From Candidatus Bathyarchaeota archaeon (GTDB taxonomy: Archaea; Thermoproteota; Bathyarchaeia; Bathyarchaeales; Bathycorpusculaceae), in NCBI GenBank assembly GCA_903901015.1, contig CAIUPH010000004.1:36219-100218 (forward strand): a stretch of 64,000 nucleotides of DNA, given 5' to 3'. Made by a program: the position numbers and the translations under genes. Shown here one piece after another: positions 10,121 through 19,189 of this stretch (position 1 is the stretch's first letter; every line of letters starts with the position of its first letter). The notes under the pieces were generated by a model. It was not told the DNA's origin, made no database searches, and saw only the letters and a list, made by a program, of their open reading frames with translations.

Positions 10121-11016
10121 AAAGCCAGATTTCTGGCTTCTCCAGTAACGTAGTCACAGGCGCTTTTTGCAGCTAAATCTACGTTAAATTTGCGGCTAAA
10201 AAAAACCAGCACATTTTTAATGTCCCTTTCAAGGTACTCGCCAGCGTTTGCGTGGTCGGTTTTTACTGCCTGTGGCCAATCGATGATGAGCAAGTGACCG
10301 TCAGGTTGCAGTATAATGTTGTATTCGCTCAAATCGCCGTGGATAATGTGTGCTTTTAAGTATGCTTTTCTGACGTTGCGCAGGATGTCTTTTAGGATTT
10401 TTTCGGGTTTGCCGATGTCTTTGTACTTGTAGAGTTGAGCACCTTCAATCATGCCCATGGCGACGACGTGGCGGTTGTGGCTTATGGGTTCAGGAACCGC
10501 AACACCTTTGGAGTAAACCAGCTTCATGGCTTCAAACTCTTTTTCCGCAGCTATATGAGATTGAAAAAGCCAACTCGAGTGTTCCCGGCTATAGCTCCTC
10601 TTGCGTCTGGTCTGTCTAAAACTTATTCGCCCCAGCCTATGGAATTTTATAGCTATGCGTCTGCCCTCAGAGTTCAACGCATCATAGACATCGGCTTCTT
10701 TTCCAACACCTAACGTTTGCCCAAACGATTCAATCACCCCTGCCTTGACCAGCGCGTTTATGGCTAAACAGTCGTACCCCGTGTAGTTGAGGGTGTGGCC
10801 GTTGTAGGTTTCTTGTGTGCGGTAAGTTAAGCCCAGTTTGTTTAACTTGCCAAGGATAAAGTCTACACGGTCCATTGGGAGTTTGGAGTGTTTCTGGATT
10901 TGTTCTTTGGGTACAAATTCGTGTTTGCTCATTCCAGCTTCGATTATGTTGAGGATTCGGAAGTCTTCATTTTCCAATTCCTTGAATACTTGGACAGCTA
11001 CTTCGGCGCTTGACAT
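10117..11016 (-). CDS. rio2: RIO2-type serine/threonine kinase with N-terminal wHTH
   Basis: GVGKEADVY, KFHRLGRISF, HGDLSEYNI, IIDWPQ. Confidence 0.92.
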   Translation of the reverse strand: MSSAEVAVQVFKELENEDFRILNIIEAGMSKHEFVPKEQIQKHSKLPMDRVDFILGKLNKLGLTYRTQETYNGHTLNYTGYDCLAINALVKAGVIESFGQTLGVGKEADVYDALNSEGRRIAIKFHRLGRISFRQTRRKRSYSREHSSWLFQSHIAAEKEFEAMKLVYSKGVAVPEPISHNRHVVAMGMIEGAQLYKYKDIGKPEKILKDILRNVRKAYLKAHIIHGDLSEYNIILQPDGHLLIIDWPQAVKTDHANAGEYLERDIKNVLVFFSRKFNVDLAAKSACDYVTGEARNLAF

Positions 11017-11182
11017 ACAATCATTTATAAAGTTGTTTTTCTGCTATTAAAACTAGGTTTTACTGGGATTAACATGTTTTTTTGAGTGGCACTTATATTG
11101 GCGTAAGCCTTTTTAATGGATTATATGCCAAAACCGTTCATCAACAAGGTATCATTAAATAGTAAACTCATGGTTTTACAAT

Positions 11183-11905
11183 ATGGCAGTAGATCAAGGA
11201 AACGTTTCAAAGGTACTTTCCGTCCTTTCACATCCCATACGAAGGGAAATATTACTAGACCTCAGCAATAACGGCGAGTCATCTTTCACAGACTTGCTAA
11301 ACATGCTCAAGGTCGATACTGGAAAGCTCAGCTTTCACCTCCGCGCACTCGCACCTTTCATAGAGCAAACCTCCAACGGCAAGTACAAGCTCAGTAGAGC
11401 TGGCGAGAGCGCTGTGCGCGTCATTCATGATGTTGAGGGTTGGGCAGAAGTGGCTGACGTGCAGGGGAAGGCAAGTTCACTTCCGCTTGCTTCTTTTAAA
11501 AATCGGGCTTTTGCATTCCTTATCGATTTTTCGATGATATTAGCTATCACGGCGGCAATTACTTTCATTCCTGACGTGCTTTCGATTTCTCAGGCGGGTT
11601 TCTTTAGCAACAAAATTAGCTCATTGCTTTTCATAACAATTGGCCTTCTTTGGCTTTACTCCACTTTACTCGAGGGCTTTAACGGTCAAAGCATAGGAAA
11701 ACGTGCAATAGGATTAAAGGTCGTTAGAACTGATGGAAAGAAAATGTCCTACGACCATGCAGCAGTACGAAACTTTGGCAAAGTTTTACCATTACTCCCC
11801 TTCGACTTACTTATAGGGTGGCGGATAAAAAACAGCGCGTTCATGCGGTACTTTGACAAGTTCGCAGGTACCACCGTCATCAATCTGCGTTCTAATATTC
11901 AATAA
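11183..11905 (+). CDS. ArsR-like wHTH fused to an RDD-family membrane domain
   Basis: LSHPIRREIL...GKLSFHLRAL HTH, followed by the RDD motifs RAFAFLIDF and GQSIGKRAIGLKVV. Confidence 0.8.
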   Translation: MAVDQGNVSKVLSVLSHPIRREILLDLSNNGESSFTDLLNMLKVDTGKLSFHLRALAPFIEQTSNGKYKLSRAGESAVRVIHDVEGWAEVADVQGKASSLPLASFKNRAFAFLIDFSMILAITAAITFIPDVLSISQAGFFSNKISSLLFITIGLLWLYSTLLEGFNGQSIGKRAIGLKVVRTDGKKMSYDHAAVRNFGKVLPLLPFDLLIGWRIKNSAFMRYFDKFAGTTVINLRSNIQ

Positions 11906-11976
11906 ATTTTCTGTTTTGTTTTGAGTAAAATCTTATTTGTTGCATCTTCATAGCTTATGCGGGAGACAAAAAGGGT

Positions 11977-12441
11977 ATGAGTGACAAGGAGCTCAGAGTT
12001 ACTAAAATCAAAGACGGCACCGTCATCGACCACATCCGCGGCGGATACGCGTTGGATGTTGTGAAGATTTTAGGTATAACGGGCAAAGAAAAACGGGTTA
12101 TGACCATCGCAATCAACGTTCCCAGCAAAAGCATCGGCGTTAAAGACATTGTGAAGATTGAAGGCAAAGCCCTGAGCCCGCAGGAAGTCAACAGGATTGC
12201 ACTGGTGGCTCCCCATGCATCTATAAACATCGTTCGCGACTACGCGGTAGTCGAAAAATTAGAGGTTAAATTGCCCAGCGCCATCGAAGGTATAGTTAAA
12301 TGCGTAAACCCCTGCTGCATAAGCAACGCCGAGGAACCCGTAACATCCAAATTCCATGTTAAAAGTGAGGAACCGCTACTGCTAAAATGCCACTACTGCG
12401 GCGTCACATTGGAGCAGGCGGATGTTCTGGGGAAGCTTTAA
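11977..12441 (+). CDS. pyrI: Aspartate carbamoyltransferase regulatory chain
   Basis: IKDGTVIDHI, KDIVKIE, CVNPCCIS and CHYC zinc ligands. Confidence 0.95.
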   Translation: MSDKELRVTKIKDGTVIDHIRGGYALDVVKILGITGKEKRVMTIAINVPSKSIGVKDIVKIEGKALSPQEVNRIALVAPHASINIVRDYAVVEKLEVKLPSAIEGIVKCVNPCCISNAEEPVTSKFHVKSEEPLLLKCHYCGVTLEQADVLGKL

Positions 12442-12881
12442 GGCAGCTTTTCTTGAGCCAACAAAAACATTTCTTCAAAATCTTTTCGAGTCAACGTTTT
12501 GCCCTTGCCTATCGCAGGGCACTCGAATGTAAAATCGAAAACATGCAAGTCTTTGTCAGCATCAAATTTTAGTTCAAAGGGATAGAACCTGCAAATTAAG
12601 GGTCTATACGCGTAGATACTGCACTGGTTGTCTTCGAGGAAAACACATTTGCCCACGCGGTTTTTCTTCATTTCATAAAGGTAAGGCGTTTTATCTGCAA
12701 CTATCTGGGTAAAATCCTGTTTTGGCAACCGCGTTTTTTTGGAAATAGCGTTTGCTTCTGACTCCAAAACCAAGATGTGCCTTGTCTTCTGCTTTGTGTC
12801 GCCGCAGCATAAACCGCATTTGCTGCATTCGAAAACTACAGTGTTGGGATAGGTGAAATCCAATTTCTTTTCAGCAAACAA
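12438..12881 (-). CDS. YkgJ-family (CxxCxxCC) cysteine-cluster protein
   Basis: FECSKCGLCCG...CVFL..NQCSIYAYRPLICRFYPF. Confidence 0.88.
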   Translation of the reverse strand: MFAEKKLDFTYPNTVVFECSKCGLCCGDTKQKTRHILVLESEANAISKKTRLPKQDFTQIVADKTPYLYEMKKNRVGKCVFLEDNQCSIYAYRPLICRFYPFELKFDADKDLHVFDFTFECPAIGKGKTLTRKDFEEMFLLAQEKLP

Positions 12882-12911
12882 AATACTGTGGTTTTGCCAT
12901 AAAAACCTTAG

Positions 12912-13244
12912 TTACGGTTTTTTTGTTTCTGTGGGCTGTTTGGCGCGGTGACCTTCGCCGTACTGGAATGGTCGCCCAAGGTTTTTCTCAAGTTTCTTCT
13001 TGAACACTTCATCCATGTTCATGCTGGGGCACGCTAAGCGGCTGGCATCCAAAACGTAGAAGACAACATCGATTAGTTCCTCAGCAATTTTTTCTTCAGG
13101 CAACCCCTTCTTCCATGCGTCGCTGGCTTCGCCAAGTTCTATGAATGCAAAGAGCAGTTTCTTTGGGATGTCCTCGGGTTTGTTGTAGAAGCCTTTTGCT
13201 ATGACTAATGCTTCGATTTCTTTCTTCATTTCTTCCAGCTGCAA
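12912..13244 (-). CDS. MazG-like nucleotide pyrophosphohydrolase
   Basis: ELGEASDAWKK...EELIDV acidic all-alpha NTP-PPase motif. Confidence 0.8.
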   Translation of the reverse strand: MQLEEMKKEIEALVIAKGFYNKPEDIPKKLLFAFIELGEASDAWKKGLPEEKIAEELIDVVFYVLDASRLACPSMNMDEVFKKKLEKNLGRPFQYGEGHRAKQPTETKKP

Positions 13245-13334
13245 CCAACTTACGCTCCTTTGCTGCTCTCAAAAACTATAGCCCTCTTATATAAAGGGTA
13301 AACCGATGAAAAGCTGGCGAAGATTGTGCTCTCA

Positions 13335-13353
13335 CGACCTACCCCTCCATTAT
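13335..13353 (-). repeat. Partial copy F of dispersed ORB-like repeat (G-string part only)
   Basis: Minus strand TAATGGAGGGGTAGGTCGT versus copy E TAATGGGGGTAGGGTCGT; lies at the end of acr3. Confidence 0.5.
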
Positions 13354-13370
13354 TTATAGAAAATTTAGGG

Positions 13371-14435
13371 CTATTTCGCTGATTCGCCTTTTTTTGGTTC
13401 CCGTTTGATGCGGTTTCTTCGTCGTAGCGCAAGCGAAACCAGACTTAACATGACTGGAATCTCTATGAGTGGACCAACCACAGTTGACACTGCCACCATC
13501 GGCATCGAAGCGAATGCAGTTAAGGCGATTGCTATTGCCAACTCAAAGTTTCTGCCCGTACAGTGAAATGCCATGGTTGAGGAATCTTCGTAGTTGTATC
13601 CGAGGCGTCGCGTGGTGAAATAAACGATGTTAAAGAGGAGGAAAAAGAACAGAACCACCGGAATCGCCATCTGCCAAACCAGGGAGGGATTATCGAGGAT
13701 GACGCCGCCCCGCAGCGCAAACATAACAACCATCGTGGCGAGCAGCGCCAGCAGCTGAAGCGAGTCGAAGTACGGTATCAATTTTTTTTGGAACCACTGT
13801 TGCGATTTGCGTTTGATGATTTCTCTTCGGGTAATGGCGCCTAAAAGCAGGGGCAGCCCGAGGTACAGCAGTATGCTTTCTCCAATGATTGCAATATCTA
13901 TTGAAACATAGGTGCCAATGAGCAATGCGATGAACAAGGGCGTGGTTACTATTTGAATTATCGAGTTCCAAGCCATAAGCACTATTCCAAGCGGACCGTT
14001 CCCCTTGCACAAGTCAGTCCACACCAGCACCATGGCAATGCAGGGCGCAACCCCGAGAAGGATAAGACCCGTCCAAAGATACCGCGCGGTCACGGGATCT
14101 ATTAACCCAAAGTATGGAAAAATCACTTCAAAGAAAACGTATCCCAGAGCAAACAGGAGAAAAGGGTTTACGGCGTAGTTGAAAAAGATGATTATAGAGG
14201 TTTGCTTGGGGCTTTTTACGGCTTTTTTTAGTTCGCTGATTTCGATTTTTGTCATAGCCGGGTAAATCATGAAGAATAAGCCGATGGGTATGCCGACTTG
14301 GAGGGTGCTGCTGAAAGCTGGGAAATATTTGCCGATGGCCAACCCGATAACTATGGCTATTGCAATCCACAGCGCGAGGAGTTTGCTTATCCAGCCTAAG
14401 GTTTTAGGTTCCTCGTCACAAGTCACTGACGACAC
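13371..14435 (-). CDS. acr3: ACR3-family arsenite efflux transporter
   Basis: MIYPAM, GVAPCIAMVLVW (conserved Cys), GRNFELAIAIA, VGPLIEIPVM. Confidence 0.93.
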   Translation of the reverse strand: MSSVTCDEEPKTLGWISKLLALWIAIAIVIGLAIGKYFPAFSSTLQVGIPIGLFFMIYPAMTKIEISELKKAVKSPKQTSIIIFFNYAVNPFLLFALGYVFFEVIFPYFGLIDPVTARYLWTGLILLGVAPCIAMVLVWTDLCKGNGPLGIVLMAWNSIIQIVTTPLFIALLIGTYVSIDIAIIGESILLYLGLPLLLGAITRREIIKRKSQQWFQKKLIPYFDSLQLLALLATMVVMFALRGGVILDNPSLVWQMAIPVVLFFFLLFNIVYFTTRRLGYNYEDSSTMAFHCTGRNFELAIAIALTAFASMPMVAVSTVVGPLIEIPVMLSLVSLALRRRNRIKREPKKGESAK

Positions 14436-14449
14436 CTACCGACACCATG

Positions 14450-14791
14450 TTATTCATCTTCAGAACTGCAGCTCATCTGCTTTACAACTTCTTTCAGCAA
14501 AACACTGACCAGTTCAGGCGTCAGGGAATCAACTGCGTTGAGTATTCGCGCATTGACGATGGAGTACATTCTTTTTGTTCCGTCTTTTCGGCAGCTAATT
14601 ATTCCAACGTCACGCAGGATTTTGAGGTGTCTGGAAACGACGGGTTGGATAAGGTTTAGGTGGGGGACTATTTCGCAGACGCATTTTTCACCGTCGCGTA
14701 GGAACTCGAGTATTTCTAGTCTGTCTGATGCCGAGAGCGCATGGAAAACTTGGGCTTTGAATCTTACTTGTGCGATTGCTGGTTGGGGCAT
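14450..14791 (-). CDS. arsR: ArsR/SmtB-family repressor
   Basis: FHALSASDRLEIL..L..GEKCVCEI...QPVVSRHLKILR; probable start ATG 14791, likely leaderless. Confidence 0.9.
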   Translation of the reverse strand: MPQPAIAQVRFKAQVFHALSASDRLEILEFLRDGEKCVCEIVPHLNLIQPVVSRHLKILRDVGIISCRKDGTKRMYSIVNARILNAVDSLTPELVSVLLKEVVKQMSCSSEDE

Positions 14792-14812
14792 AGTTAAAAA
14801 ATGTTCATAACA

Positions 14813-14824
14813 ATATTTAAATAT
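14813..14824. promoter_or_regulatory. Palindromic bidirectional TATA/operator between arsR and the ferredoxin-arsC operon
   Basis: Perfect palindrome ATATTTAAATAT about 22 bp from the arsR ATG and about 32 bp from the ferredoxin ATG. Confidence 0.55.
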
Positions 14825-14856
14825 ATTCATATTAGACTATTGAATAGACGATTTCT

Positions 14857-15147
14857 ATGTCAGAAAACGAATACGACGGAATCCCAAGAAACAAAATACA
14901 CTGGGCGCCAAAAATTGACTATGAAAAATGCGTCTCCTGCGGAAAATGCGTAGAATTCTGCCACATGCAAACATTTGATTTTGAAGAGAAGAATGGAAAA
15001 AAGAAAACTGTAGTGAAAGACCAAAATGCATGCGTCGTATTCTGCAGAGGTTGTGAAGACATATGTCCAGCAGGTGCAATAACGCATCCATCAGAAGAGG
15101 AAACTCGAAGGTCGATTGAAAAACTTCAAGAAGCTGCATTAACATAG
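14857..15147 (+). CDS. 2x[4Fe-4S] ferredoxin
   Basis: CVSCGKCVEFC and CVVFCRGCEDICP. Confidence 0.88.
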   Translation: MSENEYDGIPRNKIHWAPKIDYEKCVSCGKCVEFCHMQTFDFEEKNGKKKTVVKDQNACVVFCRGCEDICPAGAITHPSEEETRRSIEKLQEAALT

Positions 15148-15162
15148 AAAAAGGCGTTTAGA

Positions 15163-15564
15163 ATGAAGAAAATTTTGTTCGTCTGCGTTGAAAATGCTGG
15201 AAGAAGCCAGATGGCAGAAGCGTTTGCAAAGAAATATGGCGCAGACAACGTTTCAGTTTCCAGCGCGGGCAACAAACCCGCCGACAAGGTTACCCCCATA
15301 GTCGTTGAAGTCATGAAGGAGAAAGGCATCGACATTTCAACTAACAAGCCTATGGAAATAACTGCCAAAATGGCGATGGATGCAGACTTGATTGTAACTA
15401 TGGGTTGCAGCGCTCAAGGAATTTGCCCCGGTCCATTCTTTAAACCCACGGTTGATTGGGCACTTGAAGACCCAAAGGGTAAATCCATAGATAAAGTCAG
15501 AGAAATCCGTGATGAAATCGAAAGAAGAGTAAAAGAACTAATAGCCAAACAAACGACGTCATAA
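15163..15564 (+). CDS. arsC: Arsenate reductase, LMW-PTP fold
   Basis: FVCVENAGRSQMAEAF P-loop, TMGC..C, DWALEDP. Confidence 0.92.
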   Translation: MKKILFVCVENAGRSQMAEAFAKKYGADNVSVSSAGNKPADKVTPIVVEVMKEKGIDISTNKPMEITAKMAMDADLIVTMGCSAQGICPGPFFKPTVDWALEDPKGKSIDKVREIRDEIERRVKELIAKQTTS

Positions 15565-15569
15565 CTCGG

Positions 15570-15716
15570 TTAGGAAAGCGTCCCTTTTACCGCATCTGCC
15601 TTTAATCTTAGAAAATCAGCGGTATCTTCGAAATCAAGGCAGGCATTGTCGACCTTTTCCGGGCTGGTAAGGGAACAGCGCCCTTCTTTATAGTTTATAC
15701 AAGTTTTTTGTGACAA
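15570..15716 (-). CDS. Possible small Cys-containing protein
   Basis: TTG start giving MSQKTCINYKEGRCSLTSPEKVDNACLDFEDT...; no recognised family. Confidence 0.3.
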   Translation of the reverse strand: MSQKTCINYKEGRCSLTSPEKVDNACLDFEDTADFLRLKADAVKGTLS

Positions 15717-15756
15717 GAAATTTGGCTCAAAGAAGTTCTCCCCAAAAGAAAAAGGG

Positions 15757-16347
15757 TTAGGGAATATCTGTATGTTTACGAGTTCCCATGCCATACCAGA
15801 AGAAGACTTTGACCACAACAGCTGTCAGTACAGCGGCGAGCATGCGTGTCAAGACGGTTAGTGCAAACCCCGTTAGTCCTGTGACTACGTTTGCGGAAGA
15901 CATCTGGAATATAGTAAACAGTACTAAACCGCCAATTGTGCATGCAACTAAAGCAGAAATAAGCAGCCTTTTGAAGTTGTCTGAGCGCTTATTTAGAGCT
16001 CCAGCCATATAACCGATTAACATTGGGCTCACAATATATGCTAACAGGACTGTGCCGGAACCAGCTATGCCATGGAAACTGCTGGACCAGTACAGTGCAT
16101 AGAAAGTGCCCATTAAAAAGCCTGAGGCGCCGCCTGCCCATCGATTCCATAGTAGACCAAGGGCTAAGGGAACACCGACTATGACGACAAGCTCCAATAT
16201 TTCCATCGTAAGTCCAAAAACGATTCCAAATCCTCCGATTAGCGATTGAAGTTTTGAAATTAACACAATAACAAAAACTGCGATTATGGGTAGAACAATT
16301 CCAAAGATAAGGTCATTTTTTGTCCATTTTTTCCAGTCTAGACTCAT
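15757..16347 (-). CDS. Multi-pass membrane protein (ECF S-component-like appearance)
   Basis: About 6 hydrophobic segments, GLLWNRWAGGASGFLMG; start at MSLDWKK, ATG 16347. Confidence 0.65.
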   Translation of the reverse strand: MSLDWKKWTKNDLIFGIVLPIIAVFVIVLISKLQSLIGGFGIVFGLTMEILELVVIVGVPLALGLLWNRWAGGASGFLMGTFYALYWSSSFHGIAGSGTVLLAYIVSPMLIGYMAGALNKRSDNFKRLLISALVACTIGGLVLFTIFQMSSANVVTGLTGFALTVLTRMLAAVLTAVVVKVFFWYGMGTRKHTDIP

Positions 16348-16472
16348 AAATGATGCCCAAGTTAGAATTTGTAGTTCATAGATATATATGAATATTGCTA
16401 TAATACTTGAGCTCAAAACTTTTGGCAACTATTATATTTAACAACCCACATTTAGGAGCACTAGGTAAAAGC

Positions 16473-17066
16473 ATGCCAAACATTTTTGAAATCGCCAAAA
16501 AAATTAAAGGCAACGGCTGCACACGCCTCGTCAAATACACGGGTGAAGAATACACTATTTCAGGCGCTAACGTTGGGTTAGGCAGTTTTAAAATTGACAT
16601 CGGCAGCTTCCAAAACAAAATTAAAGAAATCAATGCTGTCCCCCAAATCATGATGGCTTTGGATACCAACCAGTACCTGCTTTGTCAGCAAGCAACACAG
16701 TTAAAGGATAATCCTCAACTCAAAGATTTGTGCCTTAGGATTCGGATGATGCACATTATGGCTTTTAGCCAGCTGCAGGCTCTTTTAAGTATTCCAACAC
16801 CCAGTGAAGAATTGGGCAAACAGATTTTGGAATGGACCAACCAAATGAACAAGTTGACTTCTCAAAGCATCGACTTGCTTAAACCTCAGCCTAAAGCGGT
16901 TTTAATGGAGAAGAATGTGGCAACGAAAAGTGTTGGAGAGAAAGATGTAGCATCCACACGAATATACAAAGCGAGCGACGGCAAAAAGACCCTGGCTGAA
17001 ATCATGAAGTACCAAGGCATAAACGAAACCCAGATGCAGGAAGCACTAAAAACATTCAAAGAATAG
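16473..17066 (+). CDS. Hypothetical protein immediately upstream of tRNA-Leu
   Basis: Long ORF; probable start ATG 16473 after AGGT. Confidence 0.6.
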   Translation: MPNIFEIAKKIKGNGCTRLVKYTGEEYTISGANVGLGSFKIDIGSFQNKIKEINAVPQIMMALDTNQYLLCQQATQLKDNPQLKDLCLRIRMMHIMAFSQLQALLSIPTPSEELGKQILEWTNQMNKLTSQSIDLLKPQPKAVLMEKNVATKSVGEKDVASTRIYKASDGKKTLAEIMKYQGINETQMQEALKTFKE

Positions 17067-17150
17067 ATGGTTAATGATATTTTAGCGAAGTACGGGTCGG
17101 CAACGTATTTATTTACTTAGAAGTAATTGGGATAAACACCTTAAGCATGT

Positions 17151-17238
17151 GCAGAGGTCGCCGAGCATGGTCAAAGGCGTAGGCTTCAGGAGCCTATCCT
17201 TCAGAGGTTCGTGGGTTCAAATCCCACCCTCTGCACCA
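17151..17238 (+). tRNA. trnL: tRNA-Leu(CAG), intron-less, CCA encoded
   Basis: Acceptor GCAGAGG/CCTCTGC, anticodon arm TAGGC-TTCAGGA-GCCTA, long variable arm, T arm GTGGG-TTCAAAT-CCCAC, ends ACCA. Confidence 0.96.
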
Positions 17239-17266
17239 CACTAACTTCTTTGAACATGTAAAGCCT

Positions 17267-17360
17267 GCGGCATATTTGGAGCCTATTAGAGGTTCTATGT
17301 TGAAACCTATAGGGGGTAGGTCAGTATTGGCACAGAACAAGCGCATTGGTATGTTGAAAA
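17267..17360 (+). repeat. Copy C of dispersed ORB-like repeat
   Basis: CATATTTGGAGCCTATTAGAGGTTCTATGTTGAAACCTATAGGGGGTAGGT; 35 of the first 36 nt are identical to copy D. Begins about 30 bp after the tRNA 3' end. Confidence 0.85.
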
Positions 17361-17422
17361 ACAATGCCTAAAAGTTGGGTGCCCACGTAAGGGTCGGAAA
17401 TCGAGGGGCAAAACAGCTGTTC

Positions 17423-18016
17423 TTATTTTGAAAGCAAAAAAAGCCCAACTTCGCCAAACAGGTTGGGAAGGAACTTTACGGTGCGGTTTTTCGAGATGAA
17501 CGCTGTTTTTTCGATGGTTATCTTATTTTTTTTGCAGTATTCTTTGAAGTCTGCGATGCTCAAAAAATGCAGGTTGGGAGTATCGTACCATTGGTAGGGC
17601 AGTGAAGGGGAAACTGGCACTTTTCCGCCAAAGAAGATTTGAAAGCGGCTGGTGATATAGCAGAAGTTGGGGAAGCCAACGATGACTTTTCTGCCTACGC
17701 GTAACGCTTCTTTTATGGCGAAGTCGGGTTTCTTGACCTGTTGCAGTGTCTGGTTGAGGATAACATAGTCCACGCTTTTGTCGGCGTATTCAGTTAATCC
17801 CATGTCGATGTCCTGTTGGAAAACGCTTAAGCCTGCTGCGACGCAGTTGTGGATGGCTTGCTCGCTGAGTTCCACGCCCTGCGCGTGCACCTGTTTGTTT
17901 CGTATAAGCAAATTGAGCAGTTCGCCGTCTCCGCAGCCTAAATCCAGAACGGATGCTTCGCTGCTAATCCAGCTTGAAATCACCTTGTGTTCTATTATGT
18001 GGGTTTGTTTTGTCAT
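17423..18016 (-). CDS. metW: Methionine biosynthesis protein MetW (SAM-methyltransferase fold)
   Basis: [32 protein letters not shown]; ATGA overlap with metX. Confidence 0.92.
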   Translation of the reverse strand: MTKQTHIIEHKVISSWISSEASVLDLGCGDGELLNLLIRNKQVHAQGVELSEQAIHNCVAAGLSVFQQDIDMGLTEYADKSVDYVILNQTLQQVKKPDFAIKEALRVGRKVIVGFPNFCYITSRFQIFFGGKVPVSPSLPYQWYDTPNLHFLSIADFKEYCKKNKITIEKTAFISKNRTVKFLPNLFGEVGLFLLSK

Positions 18017-19152
18017 GTGTGGTTACCGTTCCCGTTCTCTGCAGATTTGAGGAAATCCCGTATCAACGGAGTTTCCTGCTCCGTCTCCAGAAGGAAAGAA
18101 TCATGTCCATAAGTGCTGGTTATTTCGCAGTAACTCGCATCCACGCCTGCCAGTTTGCAGGCTTTCACGATTTCTTGGCTTTGGTAGGCTGGGTAGAGCC
18201 AGTCGGATTTGAACGCTAACACCAGCACCTTCGCCTTCAAACCCCTAACGACGTTGCCCAAGGCGTATCCGTTGAGGATGTTGAAGTTGTCGATGGCTTT
18301 GGTTAGGTAGAGGTAGCTGTTGGCGTCGAAGCGTTTGACAAAGTTATCGCCGCGGTAGCGCAGGTAGCCTTCGACTTCGTAGTCTGCGCTGAACTTGAAG
18401 GGTTCTTTGTCGGCTCGGGTTTTTCTGCCGAACTTCTCAGTCATGGATGTGTCGCTCATGTAGGTGATGTGCCCAATCATCCTTGCCACGGCTAAGCCCT
18501 TCGCTGGCGGTGCATGGGCGTAGTAGTCGCCGTTTCTCCAGTCAGGATCAGACATAACGGCTTGCCGACCCACTTCGTTGAAGGCGATTTGCTGGGGCGT
18601 ATGTTTAAGCGTGGTTGCTATTGGGATTGCTGAACGTATTTTGTCGGGGTAAGAAACCATCCACTGCAACACCTGCATACCGCCCATGGAGCCGCCGACG
18701 ACCGCTAAAAGCTTCTGGATGCCTAAGTGTTCGATTAATTGTTTTTGTGTCTCGACAATGTCGCGGATCGAAATTAAGGGTAAACTCAAGCCGTACGGTT
18801 TTCCAGTCCTGGGATCGATAGAAGATGGTCCAGTGGAGCCTTTGCAGCCTCCAATAACGTTGCTGCAGACGACAAAGTACCTGTCCGTGTCGATGCCCTT
18901 ACCCGGTCCGATTAGGTTTTCCCACCACCCATCTGGTCCAGCCGCATGTGCGTCGCCGCTGAGGGCATGAAGAATAAGAATTGCGTTTGATTTTTGCTCG
19001 TTAAGCTTGCCGTAGGTTTCGTAGGCAAGTGTTATTGGTCCAAGTTTCTCGCCTGATTCCAAAATGAGCTCCGCTGGTGGATACGCGAAGGTGAATGTTT
19101 GGGTATCTGAATTTCCCGGTTTGTTATCGTTTGTGAACTTTTGTGCCTCCAA
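18013..19152 (-). CDS. metX: Homoserine O-acetyltransferase
   Basis: [44 protein letters not shown]. Confidence 0.94.
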   Translation of the reverse strand: MEAQKFTNDNKPGNSDTQTFTFAYPPAELILESGEKLGPITLAYETYGKLNEQKSNAILILHALSGDAHAAGPDGWWENLIGPGKGIDTDRYFVVCSNVIGGCKGSTGPSSIDPRTGKPYGLSLPLISIRDIVETQKQLIEHLGIQKLLAVVGGSMGGMQVLQWMVSYPDKIRSAIPIATTLKHTPQQIAFNEVGRQAVMSDPDWRNGDYYAHAPPAKGLAVARMIGHITYMSDTSMTEKFGRKTRADKEPFKFSADYEVEGYLRYRGDNFVKRFDANSYLYLTKAIDNFNILNGYALGNVVRGLKAKVLVLAFKSDWLYPAYQSQEIVKACKLAGVDASYCEITSTYGHDSFLLETEQETPLIRDFLKSAENGNGNHT

Positions 19153-19189
19153 AAAATGAGAGGGATGCAGCTTTAACGCTGCTCTAGAT

